From: an uncultured Elusimicrobia bacterium
Lineage (GTDB): Bacteria; Elusimicrobiota; Elusimicrobia; 2-01-FULL-59-12
NCBI GenBank assembly: GCA_963702895.1
Contig: OY969767.1
Coordinates: 1,728,001-1,792,000 of the forward strand
Reading direction: 5' to 3'
Length of the DNA: 64,000 bases
Shown here: positions 28,519 through 37,769 of the stretch, piece after piece
How positions within the stretch are numbered: the first letter of the stretch is position 1
Layout: each line of letters begins with the position of its first letter
Program-made: the position numbers and the translations under genes
Notes under the pieces: generated by a model
Database searches by the model: none
Told to the model about the DNA's origin: nothing
What the model saw: only the letters and a program-made list of their open reading frames with translations

Positions 28519-29399
28519 AGGATCTTCCTCAAAAAGCCTTTCGATTGATCGAGCAACCGCCTGGCCTCAGTGTACGAAATATTCTTTCGGGCCATCACAA
28601 TCGCCGTTTTGACCTGGCCCCTGGCCTGGTGGAAGAGACGACGGGCGTCGTTCCGGCTTGCCGGGCCCAATTCCTCGATCATGGCCAAGGCCCGCTCATA
28701 GAGCTTATGCGACTTGGGCTGCAAGTCCACCATACGGTTCCCATAGACTCTCCCCAATTGCACCATGCTGGCCGTGGTGATGATATTGAGTGCCATTTTA
28801 CAGGCGCTCCCCGCCTTGAGACGCGTTGAGCCCTTCAGAACCTCTGGCCCCGTAGGGAAGGCGATCCTCAAGTGGGCCAGGCCCTGCGCTGTTTTGGGAT
28901 TGCAAGTCAAGAGAATGGTTTTCGCCTTGCGTGACTTGGCGGCCTTTAACGCCGCATGGACATAGGGTGTCACCCCACTGGCGGCAATCCCGAGCACAAC
29001 ATCCTTTTTCCCAACACGGTGCTTGCGGAGAGCCGAGGTCCCGGCAGGCATGGAGTCTTCCGCCCCTTCCTGGGACCGAAATACAGCAGCGGCCCCGCCT
29101 GCCATCACCGCCTGAACCATCGAGGGAGGTGTTCCAAAGGTTGGAGGACATTCAGCGGCTTCCATGACACCGAGTCGTCCACTCGTTCCCGCACCAACCA
29201 GGATCAGACGCCCGCCAGTTCCGAGAGACGCCGATATGAGTCGAACGGCCCTGGCCATTTGGGGGGCCGCGCTGGAGATGGCCTTCAGGACATGACGGTC
29301 TTCTCTGTTCATGAGCCGAACGATCTCAAGAGGGGACAGCCGGTCCAGGTCCCGTGACCTGGGGTTCACTTTTTCCGTCGAGAGTGATGCGAAGTTCAT
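28515..29399 (-). CDS. murQ: N-acetylmuramic acid 6-phosphate etherase
   Basis: TEKVNP, GAGTSGRLG, ECPPTF, GAED, GPEVLKGSTRLKAG. Confidence 0.95.
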   Translation of the reverse strand: MNFASLSTEKVNPRSRDLDRLSPLEIVRLMNREDRHVLKAISSAAPQMARAVRLISASLGTGGRLILVGAGTSGRLGVMEAAECPPTFGTPPSMVQAVMAGGAAAVFRSQEGAEDSMPAGTSALRKHRVGKKDVVLGIAASGVTPYVHAALKAAKSRKAKTILLTCNPKTAQGLAHLRIAFPTGPEVLKGSTRLKAGSACKMALNIITTASMVQLGRVYGNRMVDLQPKSHKLYERALAMIEELGPASRNDARRLFHQARGQVKTAIVMARKNISYTEARRLLDQSKGFLRKIL

Positions 29400-29550
29400 A
29401 AACCTGTTCCCTTCAGGATATCACTTTCCTCAAATATTTCTCAAAAAAGGCCCAATTATTTTTAGACCTTTCAGGATGGGTCATTTTGCTGACATATATA
29501 GCACAAGGAGTTGGTGTGGGGTCAAACCTAGCGGAGAAGGGGAGGAAGCC

Positions 29551-29949
29551 ATGCGAAGACCCACATCCATCATGATCGTCGAGAACAACACGGATTTACG
29601 GAATACCCTGCGGCATGTCTTTGAGGACCGTGGCTATCTGACTTGGACCTGCCCGCTGCCGGAAATCGCGATCTCCATCTTCCGAGCCATTCAGCCCAGC
29701 ATGATCATCCTAGACCTCGATTATGAGGATTGTAGCGCGATCCAGTTGCTGGACGATTGGCTCACCCAAGCACCCAGCACCCGTATTATTGTTGAAAGTG
29801 TTCGTGAAGACCGGATTCAAGAAGCCAAGGACCACGGCGCTCGCGAATATCTCACCAAACCCTATACCCTTGAGCCACTCTACGAGCTGATCGATCATGA
29901 TGAGGCGCCGGATCCGATAAGCCTGGGTCATGTCAACCACGCTGCTTAG
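29551..29949 (+). CDS. Single-domain response regulator
   Basis: IMIVEN, IILDL, GAREYLTKP; SD GGAGG. Confidence 0.85.
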   Translation: MRRPTSIMIVENNTDLRNTLRHVFEDRGYLTWTCPLPEIAISIFRAIQPSMIILDLDYEDCSAIQLLDDWLTQAPSTRIIVESVREDRIQEAKDHGAREYLTKPYTLEPLYELIDHDEAPDPISLGHVNHAA

Positions 29950-29997
29950 CCGACGGCTTGGCTCAAGGAGGCAGAAGTCACACGCTCTCTTATTTTC

Positions 29998-31035
29998 GGT
30001 GAATTCCACCATTAAGTGCAACACGCGGCATTGAAGGCCTCCCGTGAGGTTTGGAATTTAAGGCATTTCCGAGGACGATCGTTGAGCCAATCTTCGATCT
30101 GTTGAAAGCGTTCCGGTCCCATGGAATCGAGTCTGGTACGCTTTGGAACAAAACGACGAATTAAGCCATTGGTGTTCTCTACGGTTCCCTTTTCCCAGCT
30201 GTGGTAAGGCTGACAAAAGTATGAGGTCATGGCGAAGTCGTCATTGAGCACCGCGTGTTCAAAGTTCTCTGAACCATTGTCATAGGTGATGCTACGCCGA
30301 AGATGATCGGGGACATTCGTCAAAAGGCCTGTCAGGGCCGCGCGGGAGACCGGGGCGGTTTTATTCGGGATACCGCGCAGCTTACTGTAGCGGCTTTGTC
30401 GTTCGACCAGGACTTGCAGGGCAGGTAAGCCCGGGCCCACGATCAGATCGGTTTCCCAATGGCCTGCTTCGGAGCGCGTATTGGCCGCTTCCGGACGTTC
30501 CAAGATCGACACGCGTCCAGGAATGCCCACATGGCGTCGATAAGGGCGATACCGTCGAGACCAGCGTTTGGGATGGGAACGGACCAAGCATCCGATCAAG
30601 TCTGGGCGTTCGCTGTAGATCCATTGATAGATCGCTTCGTACCCGATGGAACCGAGATCCTTACGGTGTTTGCTGATGCGCCCGGCAATGAGTTCGGGGG
30701 ACCAGCCTTTGACCAGCATCTGTTCGACCTCGTGGCGTAAGACGTGGCTTTTGAGGCGCATCCGTTTGTGCCCGGTGCGCAAGCGAGTCTGGGATTGTTC
30801 TTGAGCATGCCGGGCGAAGTAACCGCCCTTTCCTCGGTTTCGATGGAGTTCTCGGGAGAGAGTTCCGATAGACCGGTTTAGGCGATTGCCGATGTCTCGC
30901 AAGGAGAGCCCGCGACTTCGATAAACAGCAAGCGTGTCTCGTTCTTTTTCAGTCATCTGTGTGTAGGTCATACCTGCCTATTGTAGGCCAGGCCTTCATG
31001 ACATCAGAGTGTTGCACTAGCATATGGAACTTCGG
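29998..31035 (-). mobile_element. IS30-family insertion sequence (ends approximate)
   Basis: Imperfect ~27-bp IRs sharing TTCCA..AGTGCAACAC. Confidence 0.8.
30012..30971 (-). CDS. IS30-family transposase
   Basis: TLSRELHRN HTH, GHWETD, ITYDNGSE, PYHSWEKGTVENTNGLIR. Confidence 0.96.
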   Translation of the reverse strand: MTYTQMTEKERDTLAVYRSRGLSLRDIGNRLNRSIGTLSRELHRNRGKGGYFARHAQEQSQTRLRTGHKRMRLKSHVLRHEVEQMLVKGWSPELIAGRISKHRKDLGSIGYEAIYQWIYSERPDLIGCLVRSHPKRWSRRYRPYRRHVGIPGRVSILERPEAANTRSEAGHWETDLIVGPGLPALQVLVERQSRYSKLRGIPNKTAPVSRAALTGLLTNVPDHLRRSITYDNGSENFEHAVLNDDFAMTSYFCQPYHSWEKGTVENTNGLIRRFVPKRTRLDSMGPERFQQIEDWLNDRPRKCLKFQTSREAFNAACCT

Positions 31036-31050
31036 GTCTTAATAAATATC

Positions 31051-31079
31051 TTGATTCTCAGACGGAAATCAGCTATAGT
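31051..31079 (+). promoter_or_regulatory. Sigma70-type promoter
   Basis: TTGATT-17-TATAGT. Confidence 0.65.
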
Positions 31080-31088
31080 GTGATCGTT

Positions 31089-31283
31089 ATGAACGGCAAA
31101 TTCTCCATTCCGCCCGCCACTACACCGTTGGCGGGCGCCCGCCAGCGAATTAGTGGCGGGGCGATGCACCTTGGCACGTGGGTAGCGCGTCCGCCACTGA
31201 GTGTTCGGCGGACGCCCGCCAGCGCTGTAGTGGCTGGGCGTAAGTGCTACCCCCGTTGGGTGCTTTCGGATTTGGAGAGATAA
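31089..31283 (+). CDS. Putative leader peptide ORF containing two twin-hairpin REP-like inserts
   Basis: ATG 9 nt after the -10; its 3' end is complementary to the terminator-proximal sequence. Confidence 0.45.
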   Translation: MNGKFSIPPATTPLAGARQRISGGAMHLGTWVARPPLSVRRTPASAVVAGRKCYPRWVLSDLER

Positions 31284-31318
31284 GCCGGCTCGAGCAAGCA
31301 ACATCCCAAACCCAAGGC

Positions 31319-31346
31319 ACCCATCCTCCTGAGGATGGGTTTTTTG
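31319..31346 (+). terminator. Intrinsic terminator, probably an attenuator
   Basis: ACCCATCCT-CCTG-AGGATGGGT followed by TTTTT. Confidence 0.85.
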
Positions 31347-31393
31347 TTTTAAGCCTGCCGAGGGACGATCGGGAGCCAGAAAGTAGAGAAGAC

Positions 31394-31612
31394 ATGAACA
31401 TCGAAGACGCAGCAGAAGAAGTGCTGGTGAACCAACTGGCCATCGCCAGACAGAGCATCGAAGACCGGGACGCACGCATCCTGGACTTGCAAAGAAAAGT
31501 GGAATTGCTGGAAACCATGCTGAACAGGCTGGCTTCGCAGCGCTATGGTGTGCCTTCGCCGCAGCCGCAACCTTCGCTCAGACCGGCCCCAAAAAGATGG
31601 TCGGTCCGGTGA
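31394..31612 (+). CDS. Small coiled-coil hypothetical protein
   Basis: Heptad-like IEDRDARILDLQRKVELLETMLNRL. Confidence 0.6.
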   Translation: MNIEDAAEEVLVNQLAIARQSIEDRDARILDLQRKVELLETMLNRLASQRYGVPSPQPQPSLRPAPKRWSVR

Positions 31613-31664
31613 TGGACGGTTGCTTCAGAGGGGGGTGTTTCCTGAATTGGTATCATTAGCCGCT

Positions 31665-32828
31665 ATGCCAAAAGTGCTTACGGGACTCGAGGTCTTATGC
31701 GACCGTCACCTCGGAGATCTCCGAACAGCACGTGTGGGCGTTTTGTGCCATCAAGCTTCGGTGGACACGAAGCTGCGGCACATCGTCCCCCTTCTGCAGC
31801 ATCACGGGGTCAAGCTCGCGGCGCTCTTTGCGCCGGAACATGGCCTTTGGGGTGCAGCGCAGGATCAGGTGGCCATCAGCCCTCTCGAGGAAAAGCAGCT
31901 GCCCATCTACAGCCTCTATGGTGAGCGTAGGGCGCCCAACGCGGAGATGCTCAGAAACATCGACCTGCTCCTCTGTGACGTGCAGGATGTCGGCAGCCGA
32001 TACTACACCTTTGTCTGGACGATGGCTCTTGCCATGCAGGCCTGCGCGAAATACGGGAAGAAATTCATCGTCCTGGACCGCCCGAATCCCATCAACGGTG
32101 TGACGATGGAAGGTCCGGTGTTGGATCCTCGTTTTGCTTCCTTCGTAGGCCTTTACCCGATCCCCGTCCGCCACGGCATGACGATCGGAGAGATCGCCCT
32201 GTGGATCAACGAGGGGCTTGGCGTTGGCGCCGATCTTCAAGTGGTCCCAATGAAGGGATGGAAACGATCGATGTATTTCGAAGAAACCGGACTCCCCTGG
32301 GTCCCGCCTTCGCCCAACATGCCAACGGTCGATACCGCCGTGGTCTACCCGGGAGCCTGCCTGATCGAAGGAACGCCTCTTTCAGAAGGCCGCGGGACCA
32401 CACGCCCTTTCGAGATCCTGGGCGCTCCTTATATTGATCCTGACTTGCTGCACTTGGCCCTTCAGTCCATGAATATCGCGGGTGTCCTGTTTCGTGCCTG
32501 CCGTTTTGAACCCACCTTTCACAAATTCTGGGGAGAGTCCTGTGGAGGGATCCAGATCCACGTACTCAATCGAAGGACGTTTAAGCCTTTTCTTGTCGCA
32601 CTCCAAATTATTCAAACGGTGAGAGAACTCTACCCAACGCACTTTCTTTGGCGAGACCCCCCCTATGAATACGAGACCGAAAAACTGCCTTTTGACATAC
32701 TCTGTGGTACCGATCACGTGCGTCAAGCGATCGAGACCGGGCGTGCGGTCACGACCCTCGAAAGCCGTTGGCAGGACGCGTGCTCCGGCTTTGCTCGAGA
32801 GCGTCAACCCTTTCTCCTGTATAATTGA
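31665..32828 (+). CDS. namZ: NamZ-like (DUF1343) paralog without signal peptide
   Basis: LFAPEHG, DVQDVGSRYYTF, DRPNP, SEGRGTTRPFE. Confidence 0.9.
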   Translation: MPKVLTGLEVLCDRHLGDLRTARVGVLCHQASVDTKLRHIVPLLQHHGVKLAALFAPEHGLWGAAQDQVAISPLEEKQLPIYSLYGERRAPNAEMLRNIDLLLCDVQDVGSRYYTFVWTMALAMQACAKYGKKFIVLDRPNPINGVTMEGPVLDPRFASFVGLYPIPVRHGMTIGEIALWINEGLGVGADLQVVPMKGWKRSMYFEETGLPWVPPSPNMPTVDTAVVYPGACLIEGTPLSEGRGTTRPFEILGAPYIDPDLLHLALQSMNIAGVLFRACRFEPTFHKFWGESCGGIQIHVLNRRTFKPFLVALQIIQTVRELYPTHFLWRDPPYEYETEKLPFDILCGTDHVRQAIETGRAVTTLESRWQDACSGFARERQPFLLYN

Positions 32829-32847
32829 CCGCAAAAATATATTTGCG

Positions 32848-32930
32848 GTCATCCCGGCGGATTGTTAGCCGGGATCCATCATGCCTTTTACGAAATTGAT
32901 GGACCCCGGATAACGGATCTCCGGGGTGAC
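32848..32930. repeat. Intergenic palindromic REP-like element
   Basis: GTCATCCCGGC..CCGGGATCCA..TGGACCCCGG..CCGGGGTGAC. Confidence 0.75.
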
Positions 32931-32965
32931 GACATATAGAAATCTGACTTATCCGATAGGTATTT

Positions 32966-34513
32966 ATGCAACTTGAAGAATTGATTGGGACTCGCCTTGT
33001 CTTCGGTATTCCAGGGACCCGCATCACGCCCGAGATCGTTCGCCATTTCCAGGATACACACGCGGGCGGCCTGATCCTCTACCGAATCAATTTCGAGTCC
33101 CCAGAACAGACGCGGCGGTTGATTTCAGATTTAGAAAACGCCCTGGGCCGCCGATTGCTCGTTGGCTGCGATCACGAAGGCGGCCGCGTGATCATGTTTC
33201 AAGACGGTGTCACCGTCTTTCCGTCCAACCAAGCCATCGGAATAACGGGTGATCCTCAATGGGCAAGGGTCCAAGGAACACAAGAAGCGCGTGAGCTTCG
33301 CCGTTTGGGCATTGATGTGAATTTCGCGCCCGTATTGGACGTGCTGACGGAGGCTTACAGCCCGAACATTGGCATTCGCTCCTACGGCCAAGACCCGGAC
33401 ATGGTGGCCAAAATGGGAGCCGCCAGGATCTCCGCCATGCAGGTGGAAGGCCTCTCGGCCTGCGCCAAGCATTTTCCCGGTCTAGGGCCAGCGACCCTGG
33501 ACCCCCACTTACACCTTCCCACGATCCACGCGACCTGGGACGATCTTGAGAAAACACATGCCATTCCTTTTGCGCGGGCCATGCGTACGGCCGTTCACGC
33601 CATCATGACGTCGCATCCGCTCTACCCGCAGCTCGATCCCAAGCCCCGTACGCCGGCCACCTTCTCTCGCAAGATCGTGTATGACTATTTGCGCAAGGGC
33701 CAGGGCTATAAAGGGGTCATCTTCTCCGATGATCTGGAGATGGGTGCCATCCGAGAGCTCTGTGACATCGGGGAAGCTGCTGTTCGAACGGTCGAGGCAG
33801 GGCACGACATGGTCCTCTCCTGCCATGACGCGCGAGCTCAGAAGGAGCTCACACACGCCCTTCGAGCGGCCTATCAATCCCATCGATTGTCCAAGAAGGA
33901 GCTGGAAGAAAGCAGCCAAAGGATACAGAGTCTCATGTCCCAGCGATCCGAGCGCTTTGCCAGTCCCCCTTCGACGGAGATCCGCGCCAGGAAAGAACAA
34001 GATGAGGTCCATGGCGCAGTCCGTCAGATCACGGATCTTTCCGTGACGATCCTCCAGCCAGGCGTGATGCCGACACCGTCAGCCCGGACGGTCGTTGTTT
34101 TCCCGCAACTGTCGAAACTCGCGGGCACTATTATGATGGAGCCCGAGGAGCAGGATGAAACCGCCTTTCTGAACCGTCTTTGCGACCAGGTTGGGGTCAG
34201 GTCCTCTTCGACAGCGCTCTATGCGATTGACCTGAAACCCGAAGACGTCGCACCCCTCGTAAGCTCCGTGTCCGGCTTCGAGCAAATCCTCTTGTTCCTC
34301 TTTGACGCCCATCTCTACCCTGCACAAAAAGAGTTGTTGGACGCTTTACAAAAATCTGGGAAGAGAATCACGGTACTTCTCTTAAGAGACGTCTATGACT
34401 TGTCCTTTGTTCAGCAGGGTGTCGCCTGCCTGACCAATTACGGATTCCGAGCCTGTGACATTGCCGCACTTCTTCGTAAATTATTTTCTCCCGCGCCAGT
34501 TCCCACCCCATAA
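32966..34513 (+). CDS. nagZ: GH3 beta-N-acetylhexosaminidase
   Basis: DHEGGRV, NFAPVLD, KHFPGLGxxxxDPH, SDDLEM. Confidence 0.9.
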   Translation: MQLEELIGTRLVFGIPGTRITPEIVRHFQDTHAGGLILYRINFESPEQTRRLISDLENALGRRLLVGCDHEGGRVIMFQDGVTVFPSNQAIGITGDPQWARVQGTQEARELRRLGIDVNFAPVLDVLTEAYSPNIGIRSYGQDPDMVAKMGAARISAMQVEGLSACAKHFPGLGPATLDPHLHLPTIHATWDDLEKTHAIPFARAMRTAVHAIMTSHPLYPQLDPKPRTPATFSRKIVYDYLRKGQGYKGVIFSDDLEMGAIRELCDIGEAAVRTVEAGHDMVLSCHDARAQKELTHALRAAYQSHRLSKKELEESSQRIQSLMSQRSERFASPPSTEIRARKEQDEVHGAVRQITDLSVTILQPGVMPTPSARTVVVFPQLSKLAGTIMMEPEEQDETAFLNRLCDQVGVRSSSTALYAIDLKPEDVAPLVSSVSGFEQILLFLFDAHLYPAQKELLDALQKSGKRITVLLLRDVYDLSFVQQGVACLTNYGFRACDIAALLRKLFSPAPVPTP

Positions 34514-35404
34514 ATGAGCAGCACGTCCTGGGTGGTCGGCATTGATCTTGGCGGCACCTGGATACGCCTCTGCGCGCTGAGTCCTCGACGCAAGATTGTT
34601 CTCAAGATCACACGGCCGGCTCCTTCCCTCGAACAGTTGCCCCACTTCCTCAAAAAGGTCCTCGCCCCTTATCGCCAGCGCCTCTTGCACCTCATGATCG
34701 GATCCAAAGGGGTCTGGAAACAAAACAAAAAGAAATGGCTCGCCCGTGCCCTGGAGGGAACGGCCGACCAGGTGAGCGTGATATCAGACGTTGAGGCGAC
34801 CTGGGAAGCCGCCTTTGGCCATTCGGCCAGGCCTATGCGAGGGGTCGTGGTGATTGCAGGCACGGGCTCCATCGCTTATGGTCGCCGGGCGGATGGCACC
34901 TTCGCCCGGGCGGGCGGACGCGGCCCCGGGAAAGGCGATGAAGGCTCAGGGTATTGGATAGGAAAAGAGTGGTTGGCCAGAACAGGCAAGAGGAACAAGA
35001 GAAGAGGGACGACAGACGACCGACGAGGGGCGAGGCGAGCCCTGGGAAGCACATGCGATGACGTTCGGCGTGTGGCGGCACTGGCTCCCGAAATCGTCAA
35101 GAAAGCTAGAAGCAAGCACGCTCTCGCCTCCTTGATCATTCGAGAAGCTCAAGAGCATCTGGTAGACCTCTTCGCCTCCGTGTCGCATCGCCTGCGCCTC
35201 AAGGGGACAGTAAAAGTTGCTCTCCATGGGAGCGTCCTTCAAAACACGTGGTTTCAGAAGGGCTTCCTGCAAATGGCGCGCAGAAGGGGACTTCGGCTCG
35301 AGTTGAAACCTTTAACCTTCGATATCGCTTTCTCTCTTGCGTCATCCTTCTTCTCTCGTCCCTCAAGCCTCATCCCTCGTCCCGCGTCTTGTTCCGAAGT
35401 ATAA
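34514..35404 (+). CDS. BadF/BadG-type sugar kinase, probable GlcNAc/MurNAc kinase
   Basis: GIDLGGT, IAGTGS, GDEGSGYWIG; context with murQ and nagZ. Confidence 0.8.
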   Translation: MSSTSWVVGIDLGGTWIRLCALSPRRKIVLKITRPAPSLEQLPHFLKKVLAPYRQRLLHLMIGSKGVWKQNKKKWLARALEGTADQVSVISDVEATWEAAFGHSARPMRGVVVIAGTGSIAYGRRADGTFARAGGRGPGKGDEGSGYWIGKEWLARTGKRNKRRGTTDDRRGARRALGSTCDDVRRVAALAPEIVKKARSKHALASLIIREAQEHLVDLFASVSHRLRLKGTVKVALHGSVLQNTWFQKGFLQMARRRGLRLELKPLTFDIAFSLASSFFSRPSSLIPRPASCSEV

Positions 35405-35410
35405 TGGGTC

Positions 35411-35953
35411 ATGGTTCTGGCTGAACCAACCGCCGCTTACAGGGGCAAGACCCTTCCGGATTATCTCGCGCCGCATCTCAAACTCCTCATGGTCGGCATC
35501 AACCCCGGGACGTATTCCGCTCACACCGGGCATTATTACGCCAGGCCAGGGAACCTTTTCTGGTGGGCGCTCTCCAACTCCGGGCTTGTCCCGCATGCGA
35601 TGGGACCGGAAAATGATGCGGAGCTTCTCCGCTACGGCATCGGCCTGACGGACATCGTCAAACGCCCCACGAACAGTTCAGGAGATCTCCGGCAAGCCGA
35701 ATTCGATAACGGCGCCCGGTTAACTTCAAAAAAGATTGAGGCCTACCGTCCACGGGTCGTCTGTTTTGTCGGTCTTCTGGGTGCAACCGCTTTTGTGGGG
35801 AGGCACGTCACCATTGGTCCTTTGGCTGAAAGGATAGGAAACACGAAGCTCTACGCGATCCCCTCCACCAGCAGAAGAAACGCGCATTACGGGCAACAGA
35901 CCATCCTCAAGCACTTCCAAGACCTTTCGGCTTACGTCAAGAACGCTTCTTGA
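35411..35953 (+). CDS. mug: Mismatch-specific uracil-DNA glycosylase
   Basis: VGINPG, PGNLFW, GIGLTD, PSTS. Confidence 0.9.
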   Translation: MVLAEPTAAYRGKTLPDYLAPHLKLLMVGINPGTYSAHTGHYYARPGNLFWWALSNSGLVPHAMGPENDAELLRYGIGLTDIVKRPTNSSGDLRQAEFDNGARLTSKKIEAYRPRVVCFVGLLGATAFVGRHVTIGPLAERIGNTKLYAIPSTSRRNAHYGQQTILKHFQDLSAYVKNAS

Positions 35954-37133
35954 CGAGAAAATACAGCTTCCCCTGATTCCAGAGATGTGACGCAAAGGAC
36001 AGCGCTTCCTCACCGCGTCCCGCAAAGATGTCGACACGGCCAGGACCCTGAATCGCGCCCCCTTCATCCTGATTGAGCACAAAGCGCTGCAGAGGACGCG
36101 GCCCTTCCACAACAATCCAAGCCAAGGCCCCTTTGGGGAAGATTTTAGGGTCTGTCGCAATCGAGCGCCCCGGTGTAAGCGGTACCTGGATATTGCCAAA
36201 CGCGTAAGGGGCAGCCGTGCTCGTATCGAGGCGGAAGAAGATATAGCGCTCATTGACATTTAAGATCTTCTGGCGCTCACGCGGGTGCTCTTGAAGGTAG
36301 CGCCGCAGTGCATCGCGGGAGAACTTATGTTTGGGAATCTTGCCTGTGGAAATGAGATATTGGCCGACGGACCTGAAGCGCTTCCCATTATCACCGTCGT
36401 AACGGATCCGGCGCAGATTTCCACTGCCGAAATCAAGCCATCCCGAACCCTCGATCTGCATGTCCAGCACGTCGAAGGCATCTCTGGCCCAGGCCAACTC
36501 AAGCCCCTTCACCCTTGATTGATGGACGCCCTCCAGCTCCCCCCTCGTGTAATAAGGGACCAGCGCCCTGCCCTTCTGGCGGCCGACGATGCGGGCCCCC
36601 GGGTTGCCGGTGCCAAAAAGCGAAAGGTCCACATCGATGAGATCTGGCGGGCGCGCGTAAAGAGGAAACTTGTACTGCTCATCCGGCGCTGGACGAGCTG
36701 GAATGGTAGGCTCAAAGTAGGACGTAAACGTGACGCTGCGCTGCTCATCGGTGCCAATCGACTGATACACTGCAAACTCTGAGGCAATGCGTGCCGTCCA
36801 GTCTTGTTGATTCGGCGACTGTCTCAAGAAGCTCATCACGTCGTCCATGGAACTCGCGAGATGCTTGACCGTGTAGGTATCGTGACCCAGCACGAAGAGA
36901 TCGTTCGCAGGCAGTGCCTTGTAATAGGTGTAGCTCTGGAGGACGGCACGGGCCAGGGAGGGGGAGTTGAGATCGTCCAGGAATGGCGGGTATTGCGAGG
37001 GGTCCAGGCGTACCAGGGCTTCATAGCGTGACACCCGCGGCTCAGGCGGCAAGGGACGCGGAGGGGCCGTCACGCATCCGTCAAGCAGAAGGAGAAAGGC
37101 CAAAGGCAGCAGCAACACCTGACCCAAAAACAT
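35937..37133 (-). CDS. mltA: Membrane-bound lytic murein transglycosylase A (lipoprotein)
   Basis: Lipobox-like LLDGC, TSYFEP, QIEGSG, SIATD, QDEGGAIQGPGRVDIF. Confidence 0.9.
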   Translation of the reverse strand: MFLGQVLLLPLAFLLLLDGCVTAPPRPLPPEPRVSRYEALVRLDPSQYPPFLDDLNSPSLARAVLQSYTYYKALPANDLFVLGHDTYTVKHLASSMDDVMSFLRQSPNQQDWTARIASEFAVYQSIGTDEQRSVTFTSYFEPTIPARPAPDEQYKFPLYARPPDLIDVDLSLFGTGNPGARIVGRQKGRALVPYYTRGELEGVHQSRVKGLELAWARDAFDVLDMQIEGSGWLDFGSGNLRRIRYDGDNGKRFRSVGQYLISTGKIPKHKFSRDALRRYLQEHPRERQKILNVNERYIFFRLDTSTAAPYAFGNIQVPLTPGRSIATDPKIFPKGALAWIVVEGPRPLQRFVLNQDEGGAIQGPGRVDIFAGRGEEALSFASHLWNQGKLYFLVKKRS

Positions 37134-37151
37134 GCGTTCAATATAGCTAAT

Positions 37152-37769
37152 TTAAAAGAGAAGGGCGATGTTGCGTGCTGCGACGGAAAGGTAAGAAAAC
37201 ACGGCTGTCAGTTGCTGGGACGAAAGTGTCGAAATACCGGCCTGCGTGTCCGAGCTCATTTCACTGACAAGCTCAATATCAAAGTGGGCACTCTCGGCGC
37301 GCGCGATCACGCCGGCCAAATCCGCCAAAGCCGCCAGTGCGCCCCCACGGAAATTCGTGCTATCACGCTCGAAGACCTCCTGGAGCGAGATGCCCACGCG
37401 GACACGGCTGTCGATCTGGTTCATGAAATAGTATTTGTTCTGCCAAGTCGATTTGTTCACGCCCGTAAGCGCCTTGTTTCGAATGCGCTCGACCGTTTCT
37501 TTCCTGATGCGGTCAATATATCTCTGTGAGGCTTGCGGGTTGTCCTTTCGCTTAATAGCCTGCTCGAAAGCATCGACCGCCTCCGAGTTACGCCCCGCTT
37601 TGTAGAGTTCGAGCCCTTCTGTATAAAAACTGGTGTTCGATTTGGCGGCCTGTGCCCAGTTGAGGGTCAAGGACACCCCCGCCATGATCACCGCCGCCAA
37701 GATCCAGTTCCAGCCTCTGGCTCGTGACGCCTTCGAGACACCAGAAATCCTCAGGGTCGAACGGCTCAT
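37152..37769 (-). CDS. Exported TPR-containing protein with OmpA-like C-terminal region (start uncertain)
   Basis: Signal segment; YTEGLELYKAG..AVDAFEQA; ATGA overlap with the upstream gene. Confidence 0.6.
   Translation of the reverse strand: MSRSTLRISGVSKASRARGWNWILAAVIMAGVSLTLNWAQAAKSNTSFYTEGLELYKAGRNSEAVDAFEQAIKRKDNPQASQRYIDRIRKETVERIRNKALTGVNKSTWQNKYYFMNQIDSRVRVGISLQEVFERDSTNFRGGALAALADLAGVIARAESAHFDIELVSEMSSDTQAGISTLSSQQLTAVFSYLSVAARNIALLF

Noticed and set aside
31394..31612. IS66 transposase N-terminal remnant (LNRLASQRYG)
   Set aside because: Only generic coiled-coil similarity; no IS66 ends or accessory genes.
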